NCBI GenBank assembly: GCA_042569595.1
Contig: JBHPHI010000003.1
Coordinates: 1 to 58,403, forward strand
Direction: 5' to 3'
Length of the DNA: 58,403 nucleotides
Source: Patescibacteria group bacterium
GTDB lineage: Bacteria; Patescibacteriota; Microgenomatia; UBA1400; 2-01-FULL-45-11
Shown: positions 37,077 through 47,452 of the stretch, piece after piece
Layout: each line of letters begins with the position of its first letter
Position numbering within the stretch: the stretch's first letter is position 1
Program-made: the position numbers and the translations under genes
The notes under the pieces: model-generated
Told to the model about the DNA's origin: nothing
What the model saw: only the letters and a program-made list of their open reading frames with translations
Database searches by the model: none

Positions 37077-38519
37077 ATGAAAAAAAATAATTACTACATA
37101 ACTACTACCCTCCCTTATGTAAATGCAGAGCCACATATAGGGTTTGGGTTGGAGATTGTAGCAGCTGATGTAATTGCTCGATATCAAAAACTACTTGGTA
37201 AAAATGTTGTTTTTAACACAGGAACAGATGAGCATGGATTGAAAATATACCAAAAAGCTTTAGAGGAAAATAAGGATCCAAAAGACTATGTTGATGAGTA
37301 TGCGGTTAAATTTGATGAATTGAAAAACTTATTAAATTTGAGCTATACAAACTTTATTAGAACTACTGATGAACACCACATAAAAGCGGCTCAAGAGTTT
37401 TGGAATAGATGCAAAAAAAACGGCGACATTGATAAAAAACTATATAAGGTTAAATACTGCGTTGGTTGCGAGCTTGAAAAAACTGATTCGGAGTTGGTGG
37501 ATGGAAAATGTCATCTTCACCCAAACAGAAATCTTGAAATTCATGAAGAGGAAAATTATTTTTTTAAGTTTTCAAAATATCAAGATAAGTTGATGGAGCT
37601 TTATCAGCAGGGTGATTTTGTAAAACCTAGCAAAAAACAAAGAGAAATAAGTTCTTTTGTCGGTGGAGGTCTGCAAGACTTTAGTATTTCAAGACGTAAG
37701 GAGAAAATGCCTTGGGGGGTTCCTGTTCCTGGTGATGATGAGCATGTAATGTATGTTTGGTTTGATGCTTTGGTAAATTATATTTCAACCTTGGGTTGGC
37801 CTAATGATGAAGAAAATTTTGACAGTTTTTGGCCAGTAGTTCAAATTGCAGGAAAAGATAACCTTAGACAGCAGTCTGCTATGTGGCAAGCCATGCTTTT
37901 GTCAGCTGGATTACCAACATCAAAACAAATACTTATTAACGGATTTATCAGTGTTGATGATCAAAAGATGAGTAAGAGTTTAGGAAATGTAATAAGCCCT
38001 AAGCAATTGGTTAAGAAATATGGGGTGGATGGAGCCAGATTTCTATTAATTGATCTTGGGCCCGTATCAGATGATATGGATGTTTCATGGAGTAAATTTG
38101 ATGAGAGATATAATGCTTTTCTTGCAAATGGTTTGGGAAACTTGGTTAGCAGAGTTGCAAGATTGGCTGAGAAGAACAACCTTGATGTCTCGAGGCTAAA
38201 ACTTAATAGGCAAAATGTGATTTTAGAGGAAATGAGGTTATATGTGGAAAATTATGAATTTAATAAAGCTTTAGATTATGTATTTGGAGTAATTAGTGGA
38301 ATAGATAAATATATTGAAAAGAATGCTCCTTGGAAAAAATCACCTGAAGAGGCCAATAAAATACTTGAAAATATTGTGATTGGCTCTGAATCTACTACTT
38401 CTTTGATTGAAATTGCCAAGGCAATTGAGCCTATTATTCCTGAGTCTTCAAGAAAAATTGTTGATCTTTTTTCTGGCTCTAAAATTACAAAGGGTGAAAG
38501 TTTATTTCCAAGGATATGA
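37077..38519 (+). CDS. metG: Methionine--tRNA ligase (short form)
   Basis: YITTTLPYVNAEPHIG, NTGTDEHGLKI, YVWFDAL and KMSKS. Confidence 0.97.
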   Translation: MKKNNYYITTTLPYVNAEPHIGFGLEIVAADVIARYQKLLGKNVVFNTGTDEHGLKIYQKALEENKDPKDYVDEYAVKFDELKNLLNLSYTNFIRTTDEHHIKAAQEFWNRCKKNGDIDKKLYKVKYCVGCELEKTDSELVDGKCHLHPNRNLEIHEEENYFFKFSKYQDKLMELYQQGDFVKPSKKQREISSFVGGGLQDFSISRRKEKMPWGVPVPGDDEHVMYVWFDALVNYISTLGWPNDEENFDSFWPVVQIAGKDNLRQQSAMWQAMLLSAGLPTSKQILINGFISVDDQKMSKSLGNVISPKQLVKKYGVDGARFLLIDLGPVSDDMDVSWSKFDERYNAFLANGLGNLVSRVARLAEKNNLDVSRLKLNRQNVILEEMRLYVENYEFNKALDYVFGVISGIDKYIEKNAPWKKSPEEANKILENIVIGSESTTSLIEIAKAIEPIIPESSRKIVDLFSGSKITKGESLFPRI

Positions 38520-38929
38520 CCCAAATAAAAAGGGCTGCAGTTTTAATGATTGAGGATGATCAGGGAAAAATTCTTCTTTCAAAAAAAGGGCCAAAATCTA
38601 GATATGAGCCTGGTTTTTGGGAGCTGTGCGGTGGAGCCCTAGATAGTGGTGAAGATTTTTCTGATACTGCGAAAAGAGAGGCCTTAGAAGAATTGGGTGT
38701 TGAGGTGGAAATTGTAAATACCCTGTCACATGATACTTATCCTGACATGGGTGATGGCGTGGTTTGGGAAGTTAGGGTGTTTAAAGCAAAAACCAAAAAT
38801 GCACCCAAAATCATGGAGCCTGACAAGTGTGTTGAGCTTAGGTGGGTTTCTAAAGAAGAAATTTCTCTCATGAAGGGTGAATTGTCTGTCCATTTAAAAA
38901 TGGATCTGGAAAAACTTGGCTGGATATGA
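38516..38929 (+). CDS. NUDIX hydrolase
   Basis: GGALDSGEDFSDTAKREALEELG. Confidence 0.92.
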   Translation: MTQIKRAAVLMIEDDQGKILLSKKGPKSRYEPGFWELCGGALDSGEDFSDTAKREALEELGVEVEIVNTLSHDTYPDMGDGVVWEVRVFKAKTKNAPKIMEPDKCVELRWVSKEEISLMKGELSVHLKMDLEKLGWI

Positions 38930-39762
38930 TCGATACCCACACTCATTTAAATTTCGAAGTTTTTGAAAAAGACTGGAAAGAAGTGGTGAAAAGAGCTGTT
39001 AATGCCGGTGTTTCAAAAATGATTGTTGTCGGAACAGATTTATACTCATCAAAAAAGGCCGTAGAGATGGCGGAAGAGAACGATTCTCTTTTTGCTTCTG
39101 TGGGAATTCATCCGCACCATGCAAAGCAGTTTAAAGAAAATGATTTTTTGGTTTTGACTGAAAACCAATTAAGAGAGCTAGAAAAACTGGCTCAAAACCA
39201 AAATGTCGTGGCCATTGGAGAAATTGGATTGGATTATCATGAATATAAAAACTCAAATAAATACGACGATGTTTCAATATCAGAAGATTTGATTAATGTT
39301 CAGAAAAATATATTTGACTCTCAAGTGAGATTAGCAATTCAATTAAATAAACCCGTTATTGTTCATAGTCGAGAAGCAAAAGATGGCGTGTTGGTTGAAT
39401 TACTAAAACATGAAAGCACTCCTTTAGGCGTTTTCCACTGTTTTGAGGGAAGTAAAAAATTTGCGAAGAAAATAATTGATTCTGGTTTTTATATTAGCTT
39501 TACTGGAAATGTGACTTTTGATGAAGGTAGGTCTGTAGTCTCAAAGCAAGTTCCTCTAGATAAACTACTTCTTGAAACCGACAGTCCATTCATGCTCCCA
39601 AACCCTCTTCGTGATAAAAAAGTAAATGAGGGTCGATTTTTGCGATGTGAGCCTGAAAATGTTAAAATTATAGGACAATTTCACGCTAACTTAAGAGGTA
39701 TTTCTGAAGATGTTGTATTTGCTAAAACTTCAGATAATGCGCAGCGTTTGTTTGGAATTTAA
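38926..39762 (+). CDS. tatD: TatD-family DNase
   Basis: IDTHTHL, GIHPH, GEIGLD, HSRE, HCF and LETDSP. Confidence 0.95.
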   Translation: MIDTHTHLNFEVFEKDWKEVVKRAVNAGVSKMIVVGTDLYSSKKAVEMAEENDSLFASVGIHPHHAKQFKENDFLVLTENQLRELEKLAQNQNVVAIGEIGLDYHEYKNSNKYDDVSISEDLINVQKNIFDSQVRLAIQLNKPVIVHSREAKDGVLVELLKHESTPLGVFHCFEGSKKFAKKIIDSGFYISFTGNVTFDEGRSVVSKQVPLDKLLLETDSPFMLPNPLRDKKVNEGRFLRCEPENVKIIGQFHANLRGISEDVVFAKTSDNAQRLFGI

Positions 39763-39776
39763 ATAAAAGAATAAGC

Positions 39777-41210
39777 ATGCATGAATATAAAGATGACTGG
39801 GTCACTCAATGGATCCGTCGACATCCTGTAAGAAGTCAGCGTTTTCTGGAAATACTTCCTGGAGTTGTAAGTTGGTCATTGATAATTTTCCCTTTGTGGG
39901 GGTCTTTTTTTGTGCCAAAGTTGGTGGCTTACTACGTAATTGCCTTTAATGTTTATTGGATGGGAGATGTAAAAAATTTCCCCGACTGGAAAAAGGTTCA
40001 TCATATTATTGTAATCCCCTCATACAAAACTCCCTTAAAGACCCTAAGAAGAACTTTGACAGCTATTAAGAATCAAAGCTTTCCTGCAAAAAACATTGCT
40101 GTGATGGTTTCTTTCGAAGAAAGAGAGGGTGATGATGCAAAAAGAAAGGCAAAAATTGTAGAAAAAGAATTCGGAAAAGATATTGGCTATGTTTGGACTA
40201 CACTTCACCCAGATATTGAAGGCGAAGTAAAAGGAAAGTCATCAAACACAAGTTGGGGGGCAAAAATTGCAAAGAAAAAACTTATTGATGAAATTGGAAT
40301 AGACATTGATCATACAACCATCACTAGTGAGGATGATGACACCGTTATGCATCCTCATTATTTTGCGGCTTTAACATATAACTTTTTAGACAACCCTGCT
40401 AGATATAGAAGAATTTGGCAAGCCGCGATTATGTTCTATAACAATATATGGAAAATTCCTGCCCCAATAAGAGTGCTTGCATCAACTTTTTCCGTGTTTC
40501 AGTTGTATGTATTGATGAGGCCAGATAGTTTGATGAATTTTTCTTCTTATTCCATGTCCCTAAAATTGATTGATGAGATTGGATATTGGGATGTTGATGT
40601 TATTCCTGAGGATTATCGAATATTTTTTAAAGCTTATTTTGCCACTAAAGGAGAAGTTACTGTAGAACCTATATTTATTCCTTTGTTTAATGACGCTGCT
40701 GAATCAAATGATTTTTGGAGCACTATGGTGAATCAGTACGAACAAATAAAACGCTGGGCGTGGGGTGTTTCTGATGATGCATACATAATAAAAAGGTGGT
40801 TGTCTGTTTCTGGAATGCCTTTTTGGGACAAAACATTCAGAGTTCTTCATGTTTTGGAAAACCACTTTCTTTGGCCGGTAAACTGGTTTGCTATAACAGT
40901 GGGCGCTTTGTTGCCGCCGTTTTTGAATCCTGACTTTTCTAGAACCACGCTTGGAAAAACTCTGCCGCAAGTAAGTAGTGCAATACTTACCTTTTCTTTA
41001 ATTTCCTTGGTTGTAGTGTTTTTAATTGATGCTAAAAATAGACCACCTCGCCCAAATAAGGTTTCTATTATTAGAAAGTTGCTATCCCCTTTTGAATTTG
41101 TTTTGATGCCTGTGGTTGGATTTTTCTTTAGCGCCCTTCCTGGAATTGATGCTCATACTAGATTGATGTTGGGTCGGTATATTGAGTATAGGGTGACAGA
41201 AAAAGTTTAA
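39777..41210 (+). CDS. Membrane GT2 glycosyltransferase
   Basis: IVIPSYK, GKSSN, EDDD, IPED and QIKRWAWG, plus TM segments. Confidence 0.9.
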   Translation: MHEYKDDWVTQWIRRHPVRSQRFLEILPGVVSWSLIIFPLWGSFFVPKLVAYYVIAFNVYWMGDVKNFPDWKKVHHIIVIPSYKTPLKTLRRTLTAIKNQSFPAKNIAVMVSFEEREGDDAKRKAKIVEKEFGKDIGYVWTTLHPDIEGEVKGKSSNTSWGAKIAKKKLIDEIGIDIDHTTITSEDDDTVMHPHYFAALTYNFLDNPARYRRIWQAAIMFYNNIWKIPAPIRVLASTFSVFQLYVLMRPDSLMNFSSYSMSLKLIDEIGYWDVDVIPEDYRIFFKAYFATKGEVTVEPIFIPLFNDAAESNDFWSTMVNQYEQIKRWAWGVSDDAYIIKRWLSVSGMPFWDKTFRVLHVLENHFLWPVNWFAITVGALLPPFLNPDFSRTTLGKTLPQVSSAILTFSLISLVVVFLIDAKNRPPRPNKVSIIRKLLSPFEFVLMPVVGFFFSALPGIDAHTRLMLGRYIEYRVTEKV

Positions 41211-41259
41211 GTTTTTGTCTAGTTGCTCTTAAGTGTTTGTGTTTGCTAGACTTGATGTA

Positions 41260-42813
41260 ATGGGAACTAACAAAAAAACTCAAACTTTTAAGACATTTAT
41301 TGATTTTTTACACAAGCATGAATGGTTGGTGGTGTTGTTGTTTGTAGTATTTGTTCTTCGTGTTCCGTCTTTGCATGAGCCTCATTGGTATGGTGATGAA
41401 GAAATATATTTAGTGATGGGACAAGGACTAAGAAAAGGGTTGGTTTTTTATAGAGATATATTTGACCACAAAACTCCCCTAATATATGTGGTTGCTGCTT
41501 TAGTTCGAAATGTTTTTTGGTTCCGAATGCTTTTGATGGTTGTGCATGCCGTTTCTGTGGTGTTGTTTGCAAAATTGGCTGATCTTTTATTCAAAAAGAG
41601 ATCCAGCGTAATAACTTCTACAGTTTTATATTCAATACTTTCAACACTTCCTATGCTTGAGGGAAATATCGCAAATGGTGAAAACTTCATGACAGTTCCC
41701 GCTTTGGGAGGAATGCTTCTAGTCTATCAGCTGGCTAAAAAAGGTAAAAAGGCATCTAGTGTTCAATTTTTTGTGGTGGGCCTTCTTTTTTCTTTAGGAT
41801 TTTTAATAAAGGTTCCAATTGTTTTTGATTTTTTCGCAGCTGGATATTTTTGGTGGTTAATTTCGCAAAAAAAACTTACTATTAAAGCAACTTTTTCGCG
41901 ACTGCTTTCTAAAGAACTTTGGTTTACTATATTGGGTTTTTTGGCGCCAATCCTTTTGAGTGTGGTTTATTATTATGCAAAAGGAGCAATAGAGCCATAC
42001 GTAAGATCCGCACTTCTTCAAAACATAGGATATATTGAGTCTTGGGAAGGAAAGCAGTCTTCACCATTTGCAAATCCTTTGGTCTGGAGAATGCTTTTGA
42101 TAGCTGGTTTTGGTTTAATCTTTCTTGTTTTGAAGAAACATAAGAAGTCTTCAAATAGGGTGTTGTTTTTATCTATGTGGCTACTTTTGTCCCTTTATGG
42201 ATCTTTACTGTCTAACAGACCATACCCCCACTACTTACTCCAACCTCTAATCCCTGCTGTGTTTTTATTTGGTTTAATGTTCGATGTTTTTGCGTCAAAG
42301 AAAAACTATAGAGACCTGGCAGTTGGTTCGGGAATTTTTGGAATAGTGATTGTTCTTTTGATTGAAATTGGATTCTGGCATTACCCAACAATTCCTTATT
42401 ATAAAAATTTTGTTGAGTACGTGTCAGGAAAAAAGGATAGACAGGCGTATGAAAATTACTTTCCTTCCTCTTTAGAGCGAAACAAGAAAATTGCTTCTTA
42501 TCTTAGAAAAAGAACCCTTCCAGATGAAAGAGTGTTTGTTTGGGGGGAGGAGCCTGCAATTTACGATTTGAGTGACAGGCTGCCAGTAGGTAGATATATT
42601 GTGTCTTTTCATATCAGAGACTTTCCTAATGGGTATGATGAAACATATAAAGCCGTTGCAACCGAAAAGCCAAGATTTATTGTGGTAATACCCGGACAAC
42701 CTCCGCATTTTCCTGAACTTGAGGCTTTAATTCAAAATAACTACATAAAAGTTAAGACTATTGATGGGGTTGATGTGCACATGATTTTAGAGTCTGAGCT
42801 TGCTCGATGGTAA
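41260..42813 (+). CDS. GT-C (ArnT/GT39-like) glycosyltransferase
   Basis: YGDEEIY, YRDIFDHKTPLIY, ANGENF and YPHYLLQ in a multi-TM protein. Confidence 0.8.
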   Translation: MGTNKKTQTFKTFIDFLHKHEWLVVLLFVVFVLRVPSLHEPHWYGDEEIYLVMGQGLRKGLVFYRDIFDHKTPLIYVVAALVRNVFWFRMLLMVVHAVSVVLFAKLADLLFKKRSSVITSTVLYSILSTLPMLEGNIANGENFMTVPALGGMLLVYQLAKKGKKASSVQFFVVGLLFSLGFLIKVPIVFDFFAAGYFWWLISQKKLTIKATFSRLLSKELWFTILGFLAPILLSVVYYYAKGAIEPYVRSALLQNIGYIESWEGKQSSPFANPLVWRMLLIAGFGLIFLVLKKHKKSSNRVLFLSMWLLLSLYGSLLSNRPYPHYLLQPLIPAVFLFGLMFDVFASKKNYRDLAVGSGIFGIVIVLLIEIGFWHYPTIPYYKNFVEYVSGKKDRQAYENYFPSSLERNKKIASYLRKRTLPDERVFVWGEEPAIYDLSDRLPVGRYIVSFHIRDFPNGYDETYKAVATEKPRFIVVIPGQPPHFPELEALIQNNYIKVKTIDGVDVHMILESELARW

Positions 42814-42834
42814 CTTTGGGGTAAAATCCAGTTA

Positions 42835-43179
42835 ATGAACAAAGAAAAAACATCCTCAACACAGAATCTTTTATTACCTCTTAAACTGTCAGGTTTTGTT
42901 TTTGTTGTGACCTTAATACTCTTACTTGTTTTTGTGTGGCAAATGCCAAATGAAATTCCTTTGTTTTTTAGTAGATCTTTTGGAAAAAAACAGCTAGTGT
43001 CTCCGTTTGTTTTGGGAATTCTTCCTTTGATTCAATTGTTGGTTTTGGGTTCCTGTTTTTTAGTAAAAAAATATTGCAAACAATCAAAAGTTACTTTGTC
43101 TTTATATTTCTGGATTTCATTTAGTTCTGTTGTTTTGATGCTTGTTTCAATGTTGTATGTTTTATATTTGGTTTTTTAA
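42835..43179 (+). CDS. Small three-TM protein (DUF1648-like)
   Basis: QMPNEIPLFFSRSFGKKQL between TM segments. Confidence 0.65.
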   Translation: MNKEKTSSTQNLLLPLKLSGFVFVVTLILLLVFVWQMPNEIPLFFSRSFGKKQLVSPFVLGILPLIQLLVLGSCFLVKKYCKQSKVTLSLYFWISFSSVVLMLVSMLYVLYLVF

Positions 43180-43182
43180 ACG

Positions 43183-44277
43183 ATGAACACATTATTGTCT
43201 ATATTTATCTCCCCGATGATTTTATCTGGAATAGTTGCGTTCGTGTTAACTCCTCTGGTGTTGTTTGTTTATAGATTATTCGGATATGTAGATGACCCGA
43301 AAAAGAATAAGCATGTAAAAGTTACTCACAAAACAGCTGTTCCGAGGGGTGGTGGTCTTGTGGTGTTTTTTGCAATATTGTTTTCTTCTGCAGTTTTTTT
43401 AGGGTTTGATAAACACAGTGTGGGAATAATTTTAGGCGCTGCTCTACTAGCCGTAACTGGGGTGTTGGATGATATTTATGATTTAAGTCCATACTTGAGA
43501 ATATTTTTGGGTTTGGCTGCAGCGCTTATTGTAGTTGCTTCAGGTATTGGAATTGCTTTTGTAACAAATCCTTTTGGGGGAATAATAAACCTATCTACTC
43601 CACAAATTGCCTTTGAGCTTTTTGGTAAAACCCGAACAATTTGGGTGTTAGCTGATCTGTTCGCTGTGGTTTGGATATTGTGGTCTATGAACATGGTAAA
43701 TTGGGCAAAAGGTCTTGATGGTCAACTCCCCGGAATTGTGGTGGTGGCAGCTTTTGTAGTTGGTTTACTTTCTTTAAGGTTTACCGGGGATGTAACTCAA
43801 TGGAATGTAACTGTGTTGGCAGCTTTGACTGCTGGTGCTTATTTGGGATTTTTACCTTGGAATTTTTACCCTCAAAAAATAATGCCCGGTTATGGAGGTG
43901 GTGCTATTGCTGGATATATGTTGGCGGTTTTGTCTATTTTGTCAGGATCGAAGCTGGCCACAATGATGATTGTCTTAGGTGTTCCGATGATGGACGCTGT
44001 TTATACAATAATAAGACGTTTAGCTCACGGAAAATCTCCAGTTTGGGGAGATAGAGGACACCTTCATCACAAGCTTCTTGATTTGGGTTGGGGAAAAAGA
44101 AGGGTGGCTGTTTTTTATTGGATTGCTACAGCTATACTAGGAACTGCGGCATTGCAATTGAATAGTAGACAAAAACTGTTTACAATCGTGCTGCTAGTAT
44201 TAGGCGTTGGAGGTTTATTGTTGTGGCTAAACTACTTTATGACATACTCAAAACAGCCAGACCAAGACAGTGGGTAA
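43183..44277 (+). CDS. MraY/WecA-family (GT4) polyprenyl-phosphate GlcNAc-1-P transferase
   Basis: VPRGGG, GVLDD, NWAKGLDG and DRGHLHH. Confidence 0.92.
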   Translation: MNTLLSIFISPMILSGIVAFVLTPLVLFVYRLFGYVDDPKKNKHVKVTHKTAVPRGGGLVVFFAILFSSAVFLGFDKHSVGIILGAALLAVTGVLDDIYDLSPYLRIFLGLAAALIVVASGIGIAFVTNPFGGIINLSTPQIAFELFGKTRTIWVLADLFAVVWILWSMNMVNWAKGLDGQLPGIVVVAAFVVGLLSLRFTGDVTQWNVTVLAALTAGAYLGFLPWNFYPQKIMPGYGGGAIAGYMLAVLSILSGSKLATMMIVLGVPMMDAVYTIIRRLAHGKSPVWGDRGHLHHKLLDLGWGKRRVAVFYWIATAILGTAALQLNSRQKLFTIVLLVLGVGGLLLWLNYFMTYSKQPDQDSG

Positions 44278-45158
44278 AAAATGTTGCTTTATTTGCGCCA
44301 CTAATATTTTCTGGGTTTTTGTTTTTTCCTGGATATTTTACTAGGGTTTTTCAAGCGTTTTTGCTGTTTTCCACACTAGCTTCGGCTTTGTATTTTTTTA
44401 ATGATATTTCTGATGTAAGAAATGATAGGCATCATCCATTTAAGAAAAAGCGCCCGATTGCTGCTGGATCTCTCCCAATTCATACTGGGGCTTTTGTAGG
44501 AATGTTGTTGTTGGTTTTGAGCTTGATTGGTTCAAGAATGTTGTCTTTCTTTTTCTTTTTAACTCTTCTCTCTTATGCTTTGCTTCAATTTTCATACACA
44601 TTGCTTTTGAAAAAAATCCCAATTTTTGATGTGATTTCTATTGCAGCCAGTTTTGTTCTTCGTGTTTATGCGGGTGCATTTGTTGTAAATTTACACATGA
44701 ATGTTTGGTTTCTTTTAGCTGTATTATCTGCTTCGCTGTTCTTGGCTGTGGGAAAAAGACAAAGCGAAAGAACGCTTCTAAAAGGAGTGGGTATAAGCGT
44801 ATCTAAGCACCGAGTAGCCCAAGGACACTATACTCAAAGACTCCTTGATATATATACAGGAATGTTTGCGAATACAACCTGGCTTACTTATGCTCTATTT
44901 ACCTTTCAATTTCAGTTTCAAAAAACATCTGGCCCCCTGCCAACTTTGTTTTCTATATTGCCTCAAGCCTTAGTTGCTCAAAAATGGCTTATGATTACCA
45001 TTCCGATTGTGATTTATGGAGTAATGAGGTATTTGCAATTAGTATATGAGCAAAATAAGGGAGAAAGTCCAGAAAGAGTGTTGCTGTCTGATAAGCCGAT
45101 CCTTACGACTGCAATAATTTGGGTTTTGATGGTGATTGGAATTATTTATGGGGTTTAA
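44223..45158 (+). CDS. UbiA-family prenyltransferase, decaprenyl-phosphate phosphoribosyltransferase-like
   Basis: RPRQWVKN, YFFNDISD...DRHHPFKKKRPIAAG, AVGKRQSE and GESP. Confidence 0.88.
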   Translation: MAKLLYDILKTARPRQWVKNVALFAPLIFSGFLFFPGYFTRVFQAFLLFSTLASALYFFNDISDVRNDRHHPFKKKRPIAAGSLPIHTGAFVGMLLLVLSLIGSRMLSFFFFLTLLSYALLQFSYTLLLKKIPIFDVISIAASFVLRVYAGAFVVNLHMNVWFLLAVLSASLFLAVGKRQSERTLLKGVGISVSKHRVAQGHYTQRLLDIYTGMFANTTWLTYALFTFQFQFQKTSGPLPTLFSILPQALVAQKWLMITIPIVIYGVMRYLQLVYEQNKGESPERVLLSDKPILTTAIIWVLMVIGIIYGV

Positions 45159-45159
45159 T

Positions 45160-46047
45160 TTACTCGGTTACAGTTGCGTATTTGGTTGAAATCCAACCCT
45201 GTTTTCCAGTAAAGTATTCGATTTTATGCCAGCCTGTTTGGTTGGTTTCTATTAGTGAATATTTTTCTCCAACGTTCACTTTTGCAACTTCATTATCGGA
45301 AAATCCTGTTGGCTCTGATCTTACCCTAAGCCAACCTGTTCCTGTTTCTATGATGGTTACGTAAGGTTTTGTAACTGCAGACGATGTAGCTGTTTTGCTT
45401 GTTGGTTTTTCAGCTGTTGAATTGTTTGTGTCTGTTTTTGGAGAAGCTGATGGTGAAGAATCGTTTGCTTGATCACTCTTAAGAGTTAGGTCTTTGTCTT
45501 TTGCAAGCTGAGCTGTAATAACAAGGCTATGGCTTTGTATGGCTTTGACTGGAATTGTAAGTTGTTTATATCCAGGACTTCCAATAATAATCTGGTGATC
45601 TCCCGGGGAAATAGTGTCTATCTCTACTGGAGCAAATCCTACTGGCTGTCCATCCACCTTTACAACAGCACTATCTGGTAGGGTAATCATAGTTATTTTT
45701 GTTTCCTCAGTTTTAGATAGAGGCTCAAGAGATAAGGTGAAGTGACTGGAAACTTCTTCCGTCTCCCCAAAAGATTTGGTTATATTGGTAAGCAACTGAG
45801 GCTTGAGTGATGTTTGAGTTTGCCAGGTTCTCCCTGGGTCTGACTCTAAGGAAAGTTTGACCGTGTAATCTCCAGGCTTGAGATCGTCTTTGTAAAATGG
45901 TGTTGAACCAACATGATCACCATTTAGAAATACAGCAGCCTTTGGTTCAGACTTTATATCTAGGGCTGATTTTTTGGTTTTGGTGAATGGAACTGTACAA
46001 GCACCCAATAAAATACTCAAAAGGGCAATTGTTATAATTTTCTTCAT
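45160..46047 (-). CDS. PEGA-domain lipoprotein-like protein with C-terminal SH3 domain
   Basis: LLGAC lipobox-like motif; IKSEPKAAVFLNG and TLPDSAVVKVDG (PEGA); LRVRSEP...WHKIEY..GKQGWIS (SH3b). Confidence 0.85.
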   Translation of the reverse strand: MKKIITIALLSILLGACTVPFTKTKKSALDIKSEPKAAVFLNGDHVGSTPFYKDDLKPGDYTVKLSLESDPGRTWQTQTSLKPQLLTNITKSFGETEEVSSHFTLSLEPLSKTEETKITMITLPDSAVVKVDGQPVGFAPVEIDTISPGDHQIIIGSPGYKQLTIPVKAIQSHSLVITAQLAKDKDLTLKSDQANDSSPSASPKTDTNNSTAEKPTSKTATSSAVTKPYVTIIETGTGWLRVRSEPTGFSDNEVAKVNVGEKYSLIETNQTGWHKIEYFTGKQGWISTKYATVTE

Positions 46048-46109
46048 TTCGGAGTTGATGATATCAAACTCGAGTATCGTTGACAAATTTGTAAAACAAA
46101 ATGTTTGAA

Positions 46110-46138
46110 TTGATATGTGCGTTTATGCTTGATACAAT
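46110..46138 (+). promoter_or_regulatory. Sigma70-type promoter for tRNA-Cys
   Basis: TTGATA-N17-TACAAT. Confidence 0.65.
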
Positions 46139-46150
46139 TCGGAAGTAATT

Positions 46151-46225
46151 GGCCTGGTGGCGAAGATGGCTAACGCGGCGGTCTGCAAAACCGCTATTCC
46201 ACGGGTTCGAGTCCCGTCCAGGCCT
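46151..46225 (+). tRNA. tRNA-Cys (GCA)
   Basis: Acceptor stem GGCCTGG/CCAGGCC, anticodon arm GCGGT-CTGCAAA-ACCGC, T loop TTCGAGT and U discriminator. CCA is not encoded. Confidence 0.97.
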
Positions 46226-46231
46226 CAAATT

Positions 46232-47287
46232 TTATTTTGTTCCAACTTCAATAGCTTGTTCGAGTAGTCTATTTGAATATCCCCACTCGTTGTCGTACCA
46301 GGTCATGATTTTAACTAAATCCCCCCCTACCACCTGAGTAAGGCTTAGGTCCACAAGAGTGGATTCTTGCATTCCTACAATATCGCTACTAACTATTGGT
46401 TCTTCAGTCCAAGCGATAATGCCTTTATATCTACTTGAGTCGGCAGCTTCTTTTATGGCTTTGTTTATTCCCTCTGGGGTTGTTTTGGTTTCTACTAAGA
46501 AAGTTAAATCTGAAATTGATCCCGTAATAACAGGCACCCTTATAGCAAGTCCCTCGAATAAGCCCTGAAGCTCTGGAATTACTTTTGTAGTGGCTTTGGC
46601 TGCTCCGGTAGTAGTTGGAACAATGTTTTGAGCTGCTGCTCTAGATCTTCTCAGGTCTTTATGCGAGCCATCTTGAAGTTTTTGATCGTCTGTGTAGCCA
46701 TGGATTGTGGTAAGAGTTGCTTTTTTGATTTTAAATTTATTGTGAATGACTGCAGCAACAGGAGCGACACAGTTTGTGGTACATGAGGCGTTGTCGGCTA
46801 TTGGATTGTCTCCTTGGTATTCATTTACTCCCAAGACGTGAGTTCCGATGCCTCCACCTTTGGCTGGTGCGGAAATAAGAACTTTTTTTGCCCCAGCTTT
46901 TAGATGTTTGCCTGCGCCTTCCTCATCTCTAAATACTCCTGTAGACTCGAGCACTAAATCAACTTGATACTTTTTCCATGGAAGTTTTTCGGGATCTCTT
47001 TGAGCTAAAATGGGGATTTTCTTTCCTGAAACCCTAATATGTCCAATAAGAGGATCCTCATCTGTGGCTCCTTTTGAAGATTTAATTTCATCAACTTTTA
47101 TTTCTTGTTTTATTGTGCCGTAACTAGTGTCGTGTTTTAAAAGATGGGCCCAACCTGAAATCTCAAGTGATCCTGATGTGTTTATGGCTACAATGTCAAT
47201 TTTTTCTTGAAGATCTTTTCTTTCCAGCCAAACCCTGGTGGCGACTCTTCCGATCCTGCCGAATCCGTTTATTGCAACTTTAATCAT
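46232..47287 (-). CDS. gap: Type I glyceraldehyde-3-phosphate dehydrogenase
   Basis: INGFGRIGR, NASCTTNC and WYDNEWGYS. Confidence 0.98.
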   Translation of the reverse strand: MIKVAINGFGRIGRVATRVWLERKDLQEKIDIVAINTSGSLEISGWAHLLKHDTSYGTIKQEIKVDEIKSSKGATDEDPLIGHIRVSGKKIPILAQRDPEKLPWKKYQVDLVLESTGVFRDEEGAGKHLKAGAKKVLISAPAKGGGIGTHVLGVNEYQGDNPIADNASCTTNCVAPVAAVIHNKFKIKKATLTTIHGYTDDQKLQDGSHKDLRRSRAAAQNIVPTTTGAAKATTKVIPELQGLFEGLAIRVPVITGSISDLTFLVETKTTPEGINKAIKEAADSSRYKGIIAWTEEPIVSSDIVGMQESTLVDLSLTQVVGGDLVKIMTWYDNEWGYSNRLLEQAIEVGTK

Positions 47288-47351
47288 ATGTCTCCTTGAG
47301 ATAATTTACTTCTTCATACTAGCATTTTATAAATACAATTTCTATCAGTTT

Positions 47352-47440
47352 TTTTTGCCTATTTATAGGTGTTTTTGATCTTTTGTATGAAATTTTCTTA
47401 CTTTTATGCCTAAGGTGGGTGTTTTTGCCTATTTATAGGT
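47352..47440. repeat. Two identical 19-nt direct repeats with a palindromic core
   Basis: TTTTTGCCTATTTATAGGT at 47352-47370 and 47422-47440; core CCTAT-TT-ATAGG. Confidence 0.9.
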
Positions 47441-47452
47441 CTTTTTGCACGC

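Noticed and set aside
46149-46337. 62-aa ORF over tRNA-Cys, and the tRNA as an integration site
   Set aside because: The ORF is the tRNA read as protein. No integrase or duplicated tRNA 3' end was seen.
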